Shown here: positions 10,549-19,296 of the stretch, one piece after another
Numbering within the stretch: position 1 is the first letter of the stretch
How the letters are laid out: each line of letters begins with the position of its first letter
Assembly (NCBI GenBank): GCA_965223335.1
Contig: OZ244991.1
Coordinates: 2,112,001 to 2,176,000, forward strand
Origin: Thermodesulfobacteriota bacterium
Lineage (GTDB): Bacteria; Desulfobacterota_D; UBA1144; Nemesobacterales; UBA2774
Direction of reading: 5' to 3'
Length of the DNA stretch: 64,000 nt
Program-made: the position numbers and the translations under genes
The notes under the pieces: model-generated
Databases searched by the model: none
Told to the model about the DNA's origin: nothing
The model's input: the letters and a program-made list of their open reading frames with translations, nothing else

Positions 10549-10923
10549 ATGGCGGCAGTTTTCTGTCGGACACAGGAGGTCAGGATGAGGTTTATAACTA
10601 TATCGACAATAGCATTGGTGATGTGCGTGGGGTTTATGGCTGCTGAAGCAGAGGCCGCTCCCTATTACAAGCTTACACCGTCACAAAAACATTTCACGAG
10701 TATTATCCTGCAGTTAAAGACTTTTAGGTCGGTTGAGTGGGAGTCACCGGTGTCGATGTGGGTGAGAGTGTCTTCAGGCGCGCTTGGCGCCAATAAACAG
10801 CAGAGAGCACTAGAGCTCGCAGATGCTATAGCAGACAGAGCACGCGATGCCCTTCATCAGCCTGTTTGTATTCATATATATGCAAAGAAGGGAGAGTCGA
10901 TTGCCAGGTCCTGTGTGTTCTAA
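10549..10923 (+). CDS. Hypothetical exported protein
   Basis: Signal-peptide-like N-terminus; GGAGG RBS before ATG 10585, the likely true start. Confidence 0.65.
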   Translation: MAAVFCRTQEVRMRFITISTIALVMCVGFMAAEAEAAPYYKLTPSQKHFTSIILQLKTFRSVEWESPVSMWVRVSSGALGANKQQRALELADAIADRARDALHQPVCIHIYAKKGESIARSCVF

Positions 10924-10955
10924 TAGCCAATAAATTTTACAAGGAGTGATGGAGG

Positions 10956-11939
10956 ATGATGGCAAAGTCACTAACCGGATTAGGTTTACTTTTACTCGTA
11001 TTTACATTCATAGGGTGTTTGGGCCGGGCCCCGTCGGGTAAAGCTCCAAAGTATGAGAACGAACCGTTTTTATTTAACGCGGATTACGACACGGTTTGGA
11101 ACGCAACTTTGAGTGCAGCACGGGGGTTGGGCTGGGATATACAAAATGCCGACGAGACCACGGGGCGCATAGATTTTGTTCCGTCCTTTGTGATAAACCC
11201 CGAGTTCGACCAATACGTAAGGGTATACCAAGAGCCTACCAACCAAGAGGCCAAGGTTTCAGACGTGCTGCCATATCTGAGAAGGATGACCTATTTCGAT
11301 AAGCTTACTCCACCCCCTGCCCCTCCTCATCCCTATTTTACACGAGAGACACTAAGCATTGACGTGACTGAGTTCACTGCTAACAGCACTAAAGTGTTTG
11401 CAAAATATCAGATCGACCCGTTTTTTGATTACAAGATAGGGTATTTGGGCTCGGTACCGTCCAAGGGCGTGCTTGAGAACCAACTTTTTGACCGGATTGC
11501 CGAGATTATTGCGGGTAAAAGGCACCCGGCTCCTGTACCCCCTCCCCCGCCGCCGCATGTGGAATATAACTTAAACGATATATTCTTTGATTTTGATAAA
11601 TCGGCCATAAGGGCAGATGCAATCCCAGTGCTTGAAGAAAATGCCGAGATCATTAAAAGCAATCCTCAGATCATGGTGCTAATAAAGGGGTATGCCGACG
11701 TGCGGGGATCTAGGTCCTACAACAAGGGCCTTGCCAAGAGGCGTGCCGAGGCTACAAAAGCATTCTTGGTCGGGCAAGGTATATCGCCGGGCCGTTTGCT
11801 TACAATGAGCAGGGGCGAGACGATGATATTCGCCGAGGGTAAGACCGAGGAGGCGTTCCAGCTTAACCGCCGCTCTCACTTTATCCCTGTGCTGGAAGGC
11901 GAGATCCCTGGAATTATGCTTGAGCTCGAGGGTCCTTGA
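10956..11939 (+). CDS. OmpA/Pal-domain lipoprotein
   Basis: Lipobox FIGC, Pro-rich linker, IFFDFDKS..GYADVRGSRSYN..LAKRRA..NRR. Confidence 0.88.
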   Translation: MMAKSLTGLGLLLLVFTFIGCLGRAPSGKAPKYENEPFLFNADYDTVWNATLSAARGLGWDIQNADETTGRIDFVPSFVINPEFDQYVRVYQEPTNQEAKVSDVLPYLRRMTYFDKLTPPPAPPHPYFTRETLSIDVTEFTANSTKVFAKYQIDPFFDYKIGYLGSVPSKGVLENQLFDRIAEIIAGKRHPAPVPPPPPPHVEYNLNDIFFDFDKSAIRADAIPVLEENAEIIKSNPQIMVLIKGYADVRGSRSYNKGLAKRRAEATKAFLVGQGISPGRLLTMSRGETMIFAEGKTEEAFQLNRRSHFIPVLEGEIPGIMLELEGP

Positions 11940-12002
11940 GATATGTCGGGTGCCTCAAAGACTTTGAATTTATAGATGTACAAGCGGTAACCGGAACAGT
12001 GG

Positions 12003-13028
12003 TTAGATGAAAAACCCGTGGATTCTCTCGATGAGCCAAAACGCTGCTATGGAACCAACTGCGTAGGCCGCGGGTTTTTCGAGTCTTCGTATTGACTTAG
12101 CTTGAGTGCCTGATATCGCCTGCAATAATTTATACAAACCCAAAAGGCATGCGATAAATATAACCTGACCTATCTCTACACCCACATTAAAAAATAGCAG
12201 GCTCACAGGTATCTGTGTCTGGGGGAGTCCTATGTCCTTTAGCACCGATGCGAACCCGAACCCGTGAAGGAGCCCGAAAAGCACTGCTACCATAAGGGGG
12301 AATTTGTATGTGAGAGTGTCGCGCTTTTGCCCCGCAATCTCGGTGGCGAGAAACACTATGCTAAGCGCTATCACCGCCTCGACCGGGGGTACAGAGATGT
12401 TTACTATATTTAGAGCCGATAACCCGAGAGTGATGGAGTGAGCAATTGTAAACCCGGTGATTGTTATTAGAATTCGCCTCGTTGTCCCGGCGATGATCAA
12501 AAGACAGACTAAAAAAAGAAGATGGTCCCACCCCTCCCAGATATGTGTAATTCCCAATAGCGTGTACTGCTTGGCTACACTGAGACGGTCTTCTTTTTCG
12601 GGTACTTGCCAGCTATGCTCGCCGGCTTTAAGGAGCTTGGTGTGTTTGGTGCCCTCGAGCGTCTGTACCCTGATGAGTGCTGAGACCGAGGGTGTGAGAA
12701 TGGGGAACTCAAACCCTATAGTTTTGCCGGCAATGCCCCGGGGGCAGTTGAATATCTGTTTATTGACATACGCCCCTGGGATTCCCGACATTGTTTCTCG
12801 GCTAACCGATTCGCAGTCCCGGGGAAACACTAACTCTGGTACATTGAAGTCGGGTATGGACTTTGGGGTTTTCCACACTACAGTGTAGAGCCCGGGGCCG
12901 GTCTCTTTAATATCAAAGTGGATGGGCCTGCTTTCGTGGGCCTGTGTTGTAAAAGGGAGTGCAGTAAACACGATTAAAACAAGTGTTAATACGGCAAAAT
13001 AACGTAGCTCATTGTAGGCAAGCATCAT
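12003..13028 (-). CDS. HupE/UreJ family membrane protein with N-terminal exported domain
   Basis: GITHIWEGWDHLLF, FTIAHSITL, FGLLHGFGFA, FNVGVEIGQ. Confidence 0.88.
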   Translation of the reverse strand: MMLAYNELRYFAVLTLVLIVFTALPFTTQAHESRPIHFDIKETGPGLYTVVWKTPKSIPDFNVPELVFPRDCESVSRETMSGIPGAYVNKQIFNCPRGIAGKTIGFEFPILTPSVSALIRVQTLEGTKHTKLLKAGEHSWQVPEKEDRLSVAKQYTLLGITHIWEGWDHLLFLVCLLIIAGTTRRILITITGFTIAHSITLGLSALNIVNISVPPVEAVIALSIVFLATEIAGQKRDTLTYKFPLMVAVLFGLLHGFGFASVLKDIGLPQTQIPVSLLFFNVGVEIGQVIFIACLLGLYKLLQAISGTQAKSIRRLEKPAAYAVGSIAAFWLIERIHGFFI

Positions 13029-13978
13029 TGGGACCCGATTGTTTCGGCTTGGGATTCGACCCCGGGGCCCGGGCCCGGGTTTTTGGGCTCGTTTCTAAAC
13101 CGAATCTCGATATCGTAGGAGTCGATGATCTTTTGTATGTTTTCTTCGCTTAGCTTTTTTGCGTGGTATGCTACGGCGTCATTGCGAACCCTGTCATAAA
13201 TCTCGTCTAGACTCGGGTAACGGCCGTCCTCGCGCTTGGATACATTGACCAGGTGATAGCCGAACGGGGATTTGATGGGGCCTATCCATTCTCCGAACCG
13301 GGACTGATCCAGTGTAAAAAGCTCGTTTTTTAGTGAGGGGCCAAAGTGGCTCTCTACATAGTCCGGGGTGCGTGCAACGTAGTTTGTGTGATAGATAAAC
13401 CTGTCGCCGTGCTCTGTGGATTTATCAAACGGTACGTTATTTTTGGTTAGATAATTTAGTTTGTCTTGGGCAAGCAATTTTGACTCAATGGGGCCGTTCT
13501 TATCTTTATTATAAAAAACGTGTGTAAAGGTGATGTGGGGATCGACGTAGTATAGGTCCTTGTTTTCATTGTAGTATGAGTTTAGTTGCTGTGCGTCTAG
13601 TTTCTTAATATCATCGGAGAGGTTAAGGTTGATAAATTCGAGTTTCTGCACAAGCCTCCTGCGTATAACGTAATCGTCTTGGTCAAGCCCAAGCCCAAGT
13701 GCCTCTCGGTAAAGAACCTCTTCACGCAGGTAATCGTTGATGAGCCTCTTTAGGTCCTGGTCCGACATATTGTCGAGGCGTGTCTCGAGCTCGCCAGGGT
13801 TAAAGACTTTGGAGCGTTTCTGCATGAAGTTAACCAGAGTGTCTCGGTCTACAACTATCCTCTTTGAGAGTGGTTCGGGCTCGGGGTTGTTATTAATCCA
13901 CTCGTAGGCAAGAAATATGGCTAGCCCTATTAGCAGGAAGTGGAAAAGAGGCTGGTTGATCACATATTTCTTAAGCAT
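13025..13978 (-). CDS. PpiC/parvulin-like peptidyl-prolyl isomerase (Rotamase_2 type)
   Basis: QPLFHFLLIG, EEVLYREALGLGLDQDD, WIGPIKSPFGYHLV. Start moved to ATG 13978 to remove the overlap with the upstream gene. Confidence 0.8.
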   Translation of the reverse strand: MLKKYVINQPLFHFLLIGLAIFLAYEWINNNPEPEPLSKRIVVDRDTLVNFMQKRSKVFNPGELETRLDNMSDQDLKRLINDYLREEVLYREALGLGLDQDDYVIRRRLVQKLEFINLNLSDDIKKLDAQQLNSYYNENKDLYYVDPHITFTHVFYNKDKNGPIESKLLAQDKLNYLTKNNVPFDKSTEHGDRFIYHTNYVARTPDYVESHFGPSLKNELFTLDQSRFGEWIGPIKSPFGYHLVNVSKREDGRYPSLDEIYDRVRNDAVAYHAKKLSEENIQKIIDSYDIEIRFRNEPKNPGPGPGVESQAETIGSQ

Positions 13979-14013
13979 TCGAGTGAGTTGGCTCCTGTGA
14001 TTGTTTGCCTGTG

Positions 14014-15825
14014 CTATGGCGTGTACCATATCGGCGAGCTGTATGCGCGTTCCTGAATAGTAGAGGCGTACCCAGTGTCATTGGGGTCCATCCCAAGTGC
14101 AATCGCATCGTAAAGGGAGTTGCGAGGGGTAGGGATCTGGAGCACGCGAACATAATAAAACGCACGTGCAGCGGGGTCGAACTCGGGGTCGGACCACACG
14201 GCTGCAAACTCGGGGTCGCCTATAGTGTTTGTGTATTTACCGGTTTTTAGATCCACGGTGTTGCCTACCGGGGTTTTACCGTCCTTGCGTCCGTCCGAGA
14301 GCGCTACATCAAAGACCTTTTCATGTGTACTGCCGTCCTTATCTAACCAGCCCTTTACGACCTGTATCCTGTCTAGATTAGCCCCTTTGGGGTCTTTGGC
14401 TGCATGGATCAAAAACGCAGGGGCTTTGCCCTCGGGTGCGGATGTGAGATCCCCGCCCATAGGTACTCCTTTACTGTACCCGGTCTGGGCGAAATCATTG
14501 GACTCTGCGTCCTTATTGTTATAGTCCCATCCGCCAAATACACGTAGTGCGATACGGGGCCCAGATGTAGCGTATACCTCTTTTCTCTGGAATGCGTCGT
14601 ATATGGACTGCCTGGTGTTTTCTTCGGCCCACACTGCAGTAAGCCCCGAGGCCGACATGTCCCAACCTCTTATACCGATTGTTAGTTCTTTGGGTCCGTT
14701 TGCGGGGATTGAATCAATCGCAACCTTGCCCCAGAAATTGTCTTCCTCTGCCGTGGCTGCGCCGGTATGAGAATCGGTGGAGCCTATCATGCCGAACTTA
14801 TAGGGGTTGGCGCCGATTTTGTTCTCGAATTCAAGCCCTCTTAAGAGCGCTGACCTTGCGTAGTCGCCCCTTAGAGTGGATTCATCTTCCTTTGATTGAC
14901 CTGTGCCGCTTGCGTCTATCATGTGGCTGAATGTTTCGAAATCTGCAAATTCATCTGTTGTAGAGAGTGCGGGGTGAGTTTCCGAGTCGCCTTTTATCTG
15001 GGTTACCTCTACGACCGGTTCCCACTTCATCCTGGTCCGGGCGTAGCGGGCAGTAAGCGGGTTCCCGGAGCTGTCCACGTCGTTAAACATTAGTCCTCCG
15101 CTTATGTTGGAGTTGTGAGGGATAGCAATGAATGTAGCCCCTGTGTCGGCTGAGGTTTTTTCGAGCCAGGCCCATAGGTCCTCGGGATTACCGCTATCGA
15201 AGGAGTTGTAGGGGATGAATTTGCGCCCTGTTTTGCCGTCTTGGGGAATGAATACTACCCTGTGCAGGTTGTTGCCGTCGGGTGTGGATGTCCACTCCCA
15301 GCCTATAAAGGTGCTGAACTTGCCGGGTTCGTTGTGTCTGTCGGTAATAGCGGTGCTCTCGCTCCAAATACTTGTTTTTACATTGTCGCTGTCCAGGTCT
15401 GAGATAGGAGTGCCGGCATTAATTGCACCGATAAACTCCTCGAATACCTCTACACCCTTGCCCTCTTCTATCATCTTGGTGAACCGTTTCCCGCTTTCAG
15501 TAGAGGAAAGCTCGGGGTCGCCTTTAAAGAGCTTAAAAGGCACACCCATCATCTCGGCATGGTCGGTGATTACTAGGAAATCCAATGGGGTTTCGATCTG
15601 GATCCTTACCTGTGAGTAAGGGTGGACTATTGGGAGCCCTTTGGCGAAATTGTAGGCCGTGTGGGGGTCAGCAGAGCGGTTCTCGAGAAAATAGGCATCG
15701 GGAGAGTAAGAGGTGTGGAGGTGTGTGTCGCCCCAGTAAAGGTTGCGGTCGGGTGTTTCTTGAGCAAGTGCAGTGCCCCCAACAAATAGCAATACGGTTA
15801 TTGCTAAGGATATTGTTTTGTACAT
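14014..15825 (-). CDS. DUF3604 domain protein (PHP-like metallohydrolase fold), copy 2
   Basis: Signal peptide; WGDTHLHTSYSPDA, TDHAE, IPHNSN, GSTDSH, QERAYSSPIWY. Confidence 0.88.
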   Translation of the reverse strand: MYKTISLAITVLLFVGGTALAQETPDRNLYWGDTHLHTSYSPDAYFLENRSADPHTAYNFAKGLPIVHPYSQVRIQIETPLDFLVITDHAEMMGVPFKLFKGDPELSSTESGKRFTKMIEEGKGVEVFEEFIGAINAGTPISDLDSDNVKTSIWSESTAITDRHNEPGKFSTFIGWEWTSTPDGNNLHRVVFIPQDGKTGRKFIPYNSFDSGNPEDLWAWLEKTSADTGATFIAIPHNSNISGGLMFNDVDSSGNPLTARYARTRMKWEPVVEVTQIKGDSETHPALSTTDEFADFETFSHMIDASGTGQSKEDESTLRGDYARSALLRGLEFENKIGANPYKFGMIGSTDSHTGAATAEEDNFWGKVAIDSIPANGPKELTIGIRGWDMSASGLTAVWAEENTRQSIYDAFQRKEVYATSGPRIALRVFGGWDYNNKDAESNDFAQTGYSKGVPMGGDLTSAPEGKAPAFLIHAAKDPKGANLDRIQVVKGWLDKDGSTHEKVFDVALSDGRKDGKTPVGNTVDLKTGKYTNTIGDPEFAAVWSDPEFDPAARAFYYVRVLQIPTPRNSLYDAIALGMDPNDTGYASTIQERAYSSPIWYTP

Positions 15826-15869
15826 GCTGTGTTACCTCCCCGTTGTTATTTTTATATTGCTTGTCTCGT

Positions 15870-17678
15870 TTAAGGTGTGTACCAGATGGGGGATGTATAG
15901 GCCCTTTCCTGTATAGTTGCCGGGTGTCCTGTGTCTTTGGGGTCGATCTGAAGCGCTACCGAGTCGTAAAGAGAGTTTCTGGGTGTGGGAATTTGGAGTA
16001 CCCTTACGTAGTAAAAGGCATGCGCTGCAGGGTCAAATTCAGGGTCACTCCACACCGTCGCAAACTCCGTGGCCCCGATGGTATTGGTGTATTGAGCCGT
16101 CTTTGTATCCACAGTGTTGCCCACAGGGTCTGAACCTGATTTGCGCCCGTCTGAGAGTGCTACGTCAAATACCTTTTCGTGGGTTTTCCCCTCTTTATCG
16201 AGCCAACCTTTAACAACCTGTACCCTATCTAGGTTAGCCCCTTTGGGGTCTTTGGCAGCGTGGATAAGGAACGAGGGGGCTTTGCCATCGGGTGCTGATG
16301 CGAGATCCCCTCCCATGGGGACACCTTTGTTGTAGCCTGTTTTGGCCAGCTCTTTTGATTGCGAGTCTTTTTTGTTGTAGTCCCAACCGCCAAAGAAACG
16401 TACCTGGAGGCGGGGGCCTGTGGTGGCGTAGATCTCTTTGCGGCGGAATGCGTCGAAGATGGCCTCGCGAGTGTTATCGGTGGCCCACACCGCTGCCAGA
16501 CCCGCGGCACTCATATCAAAGCCGTTTGCGCCGGGGATGATCTCCTCGGTCTTAGTCCCCGGGGTCGAATCAAACGCAAACTTGCCCCAGAAGTTGTCTT
16601 CCTCTGCCGATGCCATCGAGGTATGGGAATCTGTGGATCCTATTAGGCCGAATTTATAGGGGTTTACACCGGTTTTGCTCTCGATCTCTAGCCCGCGTTT
16701 TAGTGCCGAGCGTACGTAGTCGCCTGGGGATGCCTCGGGAGTAGATACGTTTTCACCCACCTCAATCACATGTGCGTATGTCTCGTAATCGGCGAATTCG
16801 TCTTCGGGAGAGAGCGAGGGATAGGTCTCGGAATCGCCCTTGATCTGGGTTACTTCCACGACGGGCTCCCACTGCATTCTGGTCTTGGCATATTCAGCCG
16901 TGATGGGGTTGCCGCTGCTGTCTACGTCGTTGAACATAAGCCCTTTGCTGATGTTGGAGTTGTGGGGAATTGCTAGAAGATCGATATTGTTGGTCTCGGA
17001 GGTCTTGCTCATCCAAGCCCATAGGTCTTCGGGCTTGTTGCTGTCGAATGATGAGAAGGGCATAAACTTTGTACCCGCGTCTTTGCCCTCGCGGAGCACC
17101 ACTACACGGTGTAGGTTGGCACCTTCGGGGGTTGAGGACCATTCCCAGCCCAAAAATGTTGTGAATTTCCCTGGGTTGTTGTGCCTTTCGGCAGCGTCCA
17201 TGATCTCACCCCAGACCGATTTTTTGATCTCGGGGGTGTTTAATTCGTCTATGTCATCGTTCTTGTTTACAGATTCGATCAATATTGCAAATGCCTCTGT
17301 CTCTTTGCCCTGATTGGCCAGGTCTAAAAACAGTTTGCCGAACTCGGTGTCGGCTACTGCGGGATCTTTGGCAAAGAGCATCGGGATAACACCCATGTAT
17401 TCGCTGTGGTCAGACACTACAAGAAAATCTAGTGGCGTGTGGATCTGGATCTTGGTCTTGTTAAACGGGTGCACAACGGGCTCACCCTTGGCGTAACGGT
17501 ATGCAGTGTCGGGATCGGCACTGCGGTTCTGAAGCAGATAAGCATCGGGTGAGTAGGAGGTGTGTAGGTGTGTATCGCCCCAGTAAAGTTTTGTTTCCTC
17601 CTCGGCTGCTGCGGGTCCAACAAATAGCACTAAAGCGACTGCGAATACAAATAGGTGTTTAATCATTATCTCCCCCAT
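15870..17678 (-). CDS. DUF3604 domain protein, copy 1
   Basis: Same motifs as copy 2 (WGDTHLHT, SDHSE, IPHNSN, GSTDSH, QERAYTSPIWY). Confidence 0.88.
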   Translation of the reverse strand: MGEIMIKHLFVFAVALVLFVGPAAAEEETKLYWGDTHLHTSYSPDAYLLQNRSADPDTAYRYAKGEPVVHPFNKTKIQIHTPLDFLVVSDHSEYMGVIPMLFAKDPAVADTEFGKLFLDLANQGKETEAFAILIESVNKNDDIDELNTPEIKKSVWGEIMDAAERHNNPGKFTTFLGWEWSSTPEGANLHRVVVLREGKDAGTKFMPFSSFDSNKPEDLWAWMSKTSETNNIDLLAIPHNSNISKGLMFNDVDSSGNPITAEYAKTRMQWEPVVEVTQIKGDSETYPSLSPEDEFADYETYAHVIEVGENVSTPEASPGDYVRSALKRGLEIESKTGVNPYKFGLIGSTDSHTSMASAEEDNFWGKFAFDSTPGTKTEEIIPGANGFDMSAAGLAAVWATDNTREAIFDAFRRKEIYATTGPRLQVRFFGGWDYNKKDSQSKELAKTGYNKGVPMGGDLASAPDGKAPSFLIHAAKDPKGANLDRVQVVKGWLDKEGKTHEKVFDVALSDGRKSGSDPVGNTVDTKTAQYTNTIGATEFATVWSDPEFDPAAHAFYYVRVLQIPTPRNSLYDSVALQIDPKDTGHPATIQERAYTSPIWYTP

Positions 17679-17759
17679 GTTCCTATTATTTTTTTCGGTT
17701 ATAGAAACTTACCCCAATTCATGCGAGCTATTCAAATTATTATATAGGAACCTTAGAGA

Positions 17760-17792
17760 TAATCAATAATGATAATAAATAATTATTGATTA
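17760..17792. promoter_or_regulatory. Inverted repeat with Fur-box-like core upstream of the DUF3604 operon
   Basis: TAATCAATAAT..ATTATTGATTA inverted repeat; AATAATGATAATAAATAAT (17765-17783) matches 14/19 of the Fur consensus. The AT-rich context lowers significance. Confidence 0.35.
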
Positions 17793-17937
17793 TTACTTGT
17801 TAGAAGCAATGACTATTTACAAGTAAATTTAATATTAGCAACCGGATAGGTAAGGTAACTAATAAAGTTGTCTAAGCTTTGGCTATATGAAAAAATCTGT
17901 TATTAACTCGCTAGCGTCTACAGCGTGTAATTGTTTT

Positions 17938-19134
17938 CTAGCGAAGCCTCATGGAAGGCAGGTTGGTATGGAATGTAGTCCCCACACCTAATTGAGAATC
18001 GGCCCAGATGTTGCCGCGGTGTTTCTCAATGATCTCTTTACAGTTTGCGAGTCCAAGCCCTGTGCCCTCGGACCGAGTGGTGAAGTAGGGGTTAAATACT
18101 TTATCCAGATTTTCTTTGGGGATGCCTACTCCCTCGTCACTAACGCTAACGGATACATATTGGCCGGGGTCCAATCCGTACGGGTTTTTGTTTTCGAGCT
18201 CGGTATTCTCGGCGCTGATTTGGATGGTGCCCCCATCGGGCATTGATTGAGTGGCATTAATAATAAGGTTACTGAACACACGGGTGAGTTGGGTGCTGTC
18301 GCCGTTTACAATGTGGAGGTTGTCGGGGATATCGTGCTTAATCTCAAACATAGTGCTCGTGTTGCATATACGTGAGGCCTCTTCCAAAAGGTCCTTTAGG
18401 TAGATCGGGCCCTGTTCGGATTTTTTGTTGCCTTTAATTATATTGGACAGGTTTTTGCTGAGGTCGATTGCTTTGTCCGATGCGTGCTGTGCGTTTTTTA
18501 GGTATGTGGATAGTCGATTCAATATTGTATCTTTAGTTGTTTTTGCCTTTAATTCGATTTCGGCCATATCAATATTTGCTTTTATGGCTGTCATGAAGTT
18601 GTTAAAGTCGTGGGTGACACCTGCAACAGTGTTTGTAATATATTTATATCTCTCAAGACGTAGCATCTGTTTCTGGAATGTTTTTTTGTAGGATCGGTGT
18701 CGTAATGTTAGAACGTAACGGTCTAGGCCTTCGCTTGTAATATATGACATGGTGTTGCCGCTCAGCTGGATATAGCGTTGGTCAGTGGTTAGGATTTTGC
18801 ACTTTATAGGAGTACCGTTATCGGAGTTCTGGGCTTTGTTAAGACGGTCGGAAAACCCCGGCTTATCTTTTATATGCATTAAATCGTATATATTTGTGCT
18901 GAGTATATCTTCGGCAGGGTGGCCTGTCAGGGGTTCAATATGGGCATTGGTGTATAATATCTGGCCTAGTTCGTCTATTTCAAAAACCAAATAAGAGACG
19001 TTGTTGAGTATGCTGCGGTAGGCCTCTTCGCTGCGAATATGATCCACTGTGCTTTGCCGAGCTGCTAGGGCTGCGGGATCAAAACTCTCGATGCTCGTTA
19101 TTTCATTGTCTATTAAACCATGCTGGTCACTCAT
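17938..19134 (-). CDS. Cytoplasmic PAS-domain histidine kinase
   Basis: PAS-like domain, H-box AGVTHDFNN, NATQSMPDGG, DEGVGI, GTGLGL. ATG 19134 preferred over 19194. Confidence 0.85.
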   Translation of the reverse strand: MSDQHGLIDNEITSIESFDPAALAARQSTVDHIRSEEAYRSILNNVSYLVFEIDELGQILYTNAHIEPLTGHPAEDILSTNIYDLMHIKDKPGFSDRLNKAQNSDNGTPIKCKILTTDQRYIQLSGNTMSYITSEGLDRYVLTLRHRSYKKTFQKQMLRLERYKYITNTVAGVTHDFNNFMTAIKANIDMAEIELKAKTTKDTILNRLSTYLKNAQHASDKAIDLSKNLSNIIKGNKKSEQGPIYLKDLLEEASRICNTSTMFEIKHDIPDNLHIVNGDSTQLTRVFSNLIINATQSMPDGGTIQISAENTELENKNPYGLDPGQYVSVSVSDEGVGIPKENLDKVFNPYFTTRSEGTGLGLANCKEIIEKHRGNIWADSQLGVGTTFHTNLPSMRLR

Positions 19135-19296
19135 CTGGGGCCCCCATAACCAATTTTGCCTTAATAATATCAATGTAGTATAGCACATTATCAATATCTA
19201 TATATACACATACTACAATAATTATGGGAGTTCGGGAGCTGGATCGGAATGCCTCGACTTAATGAATTGCCGTGGGGTGTATGGCGTGATAAGGGA

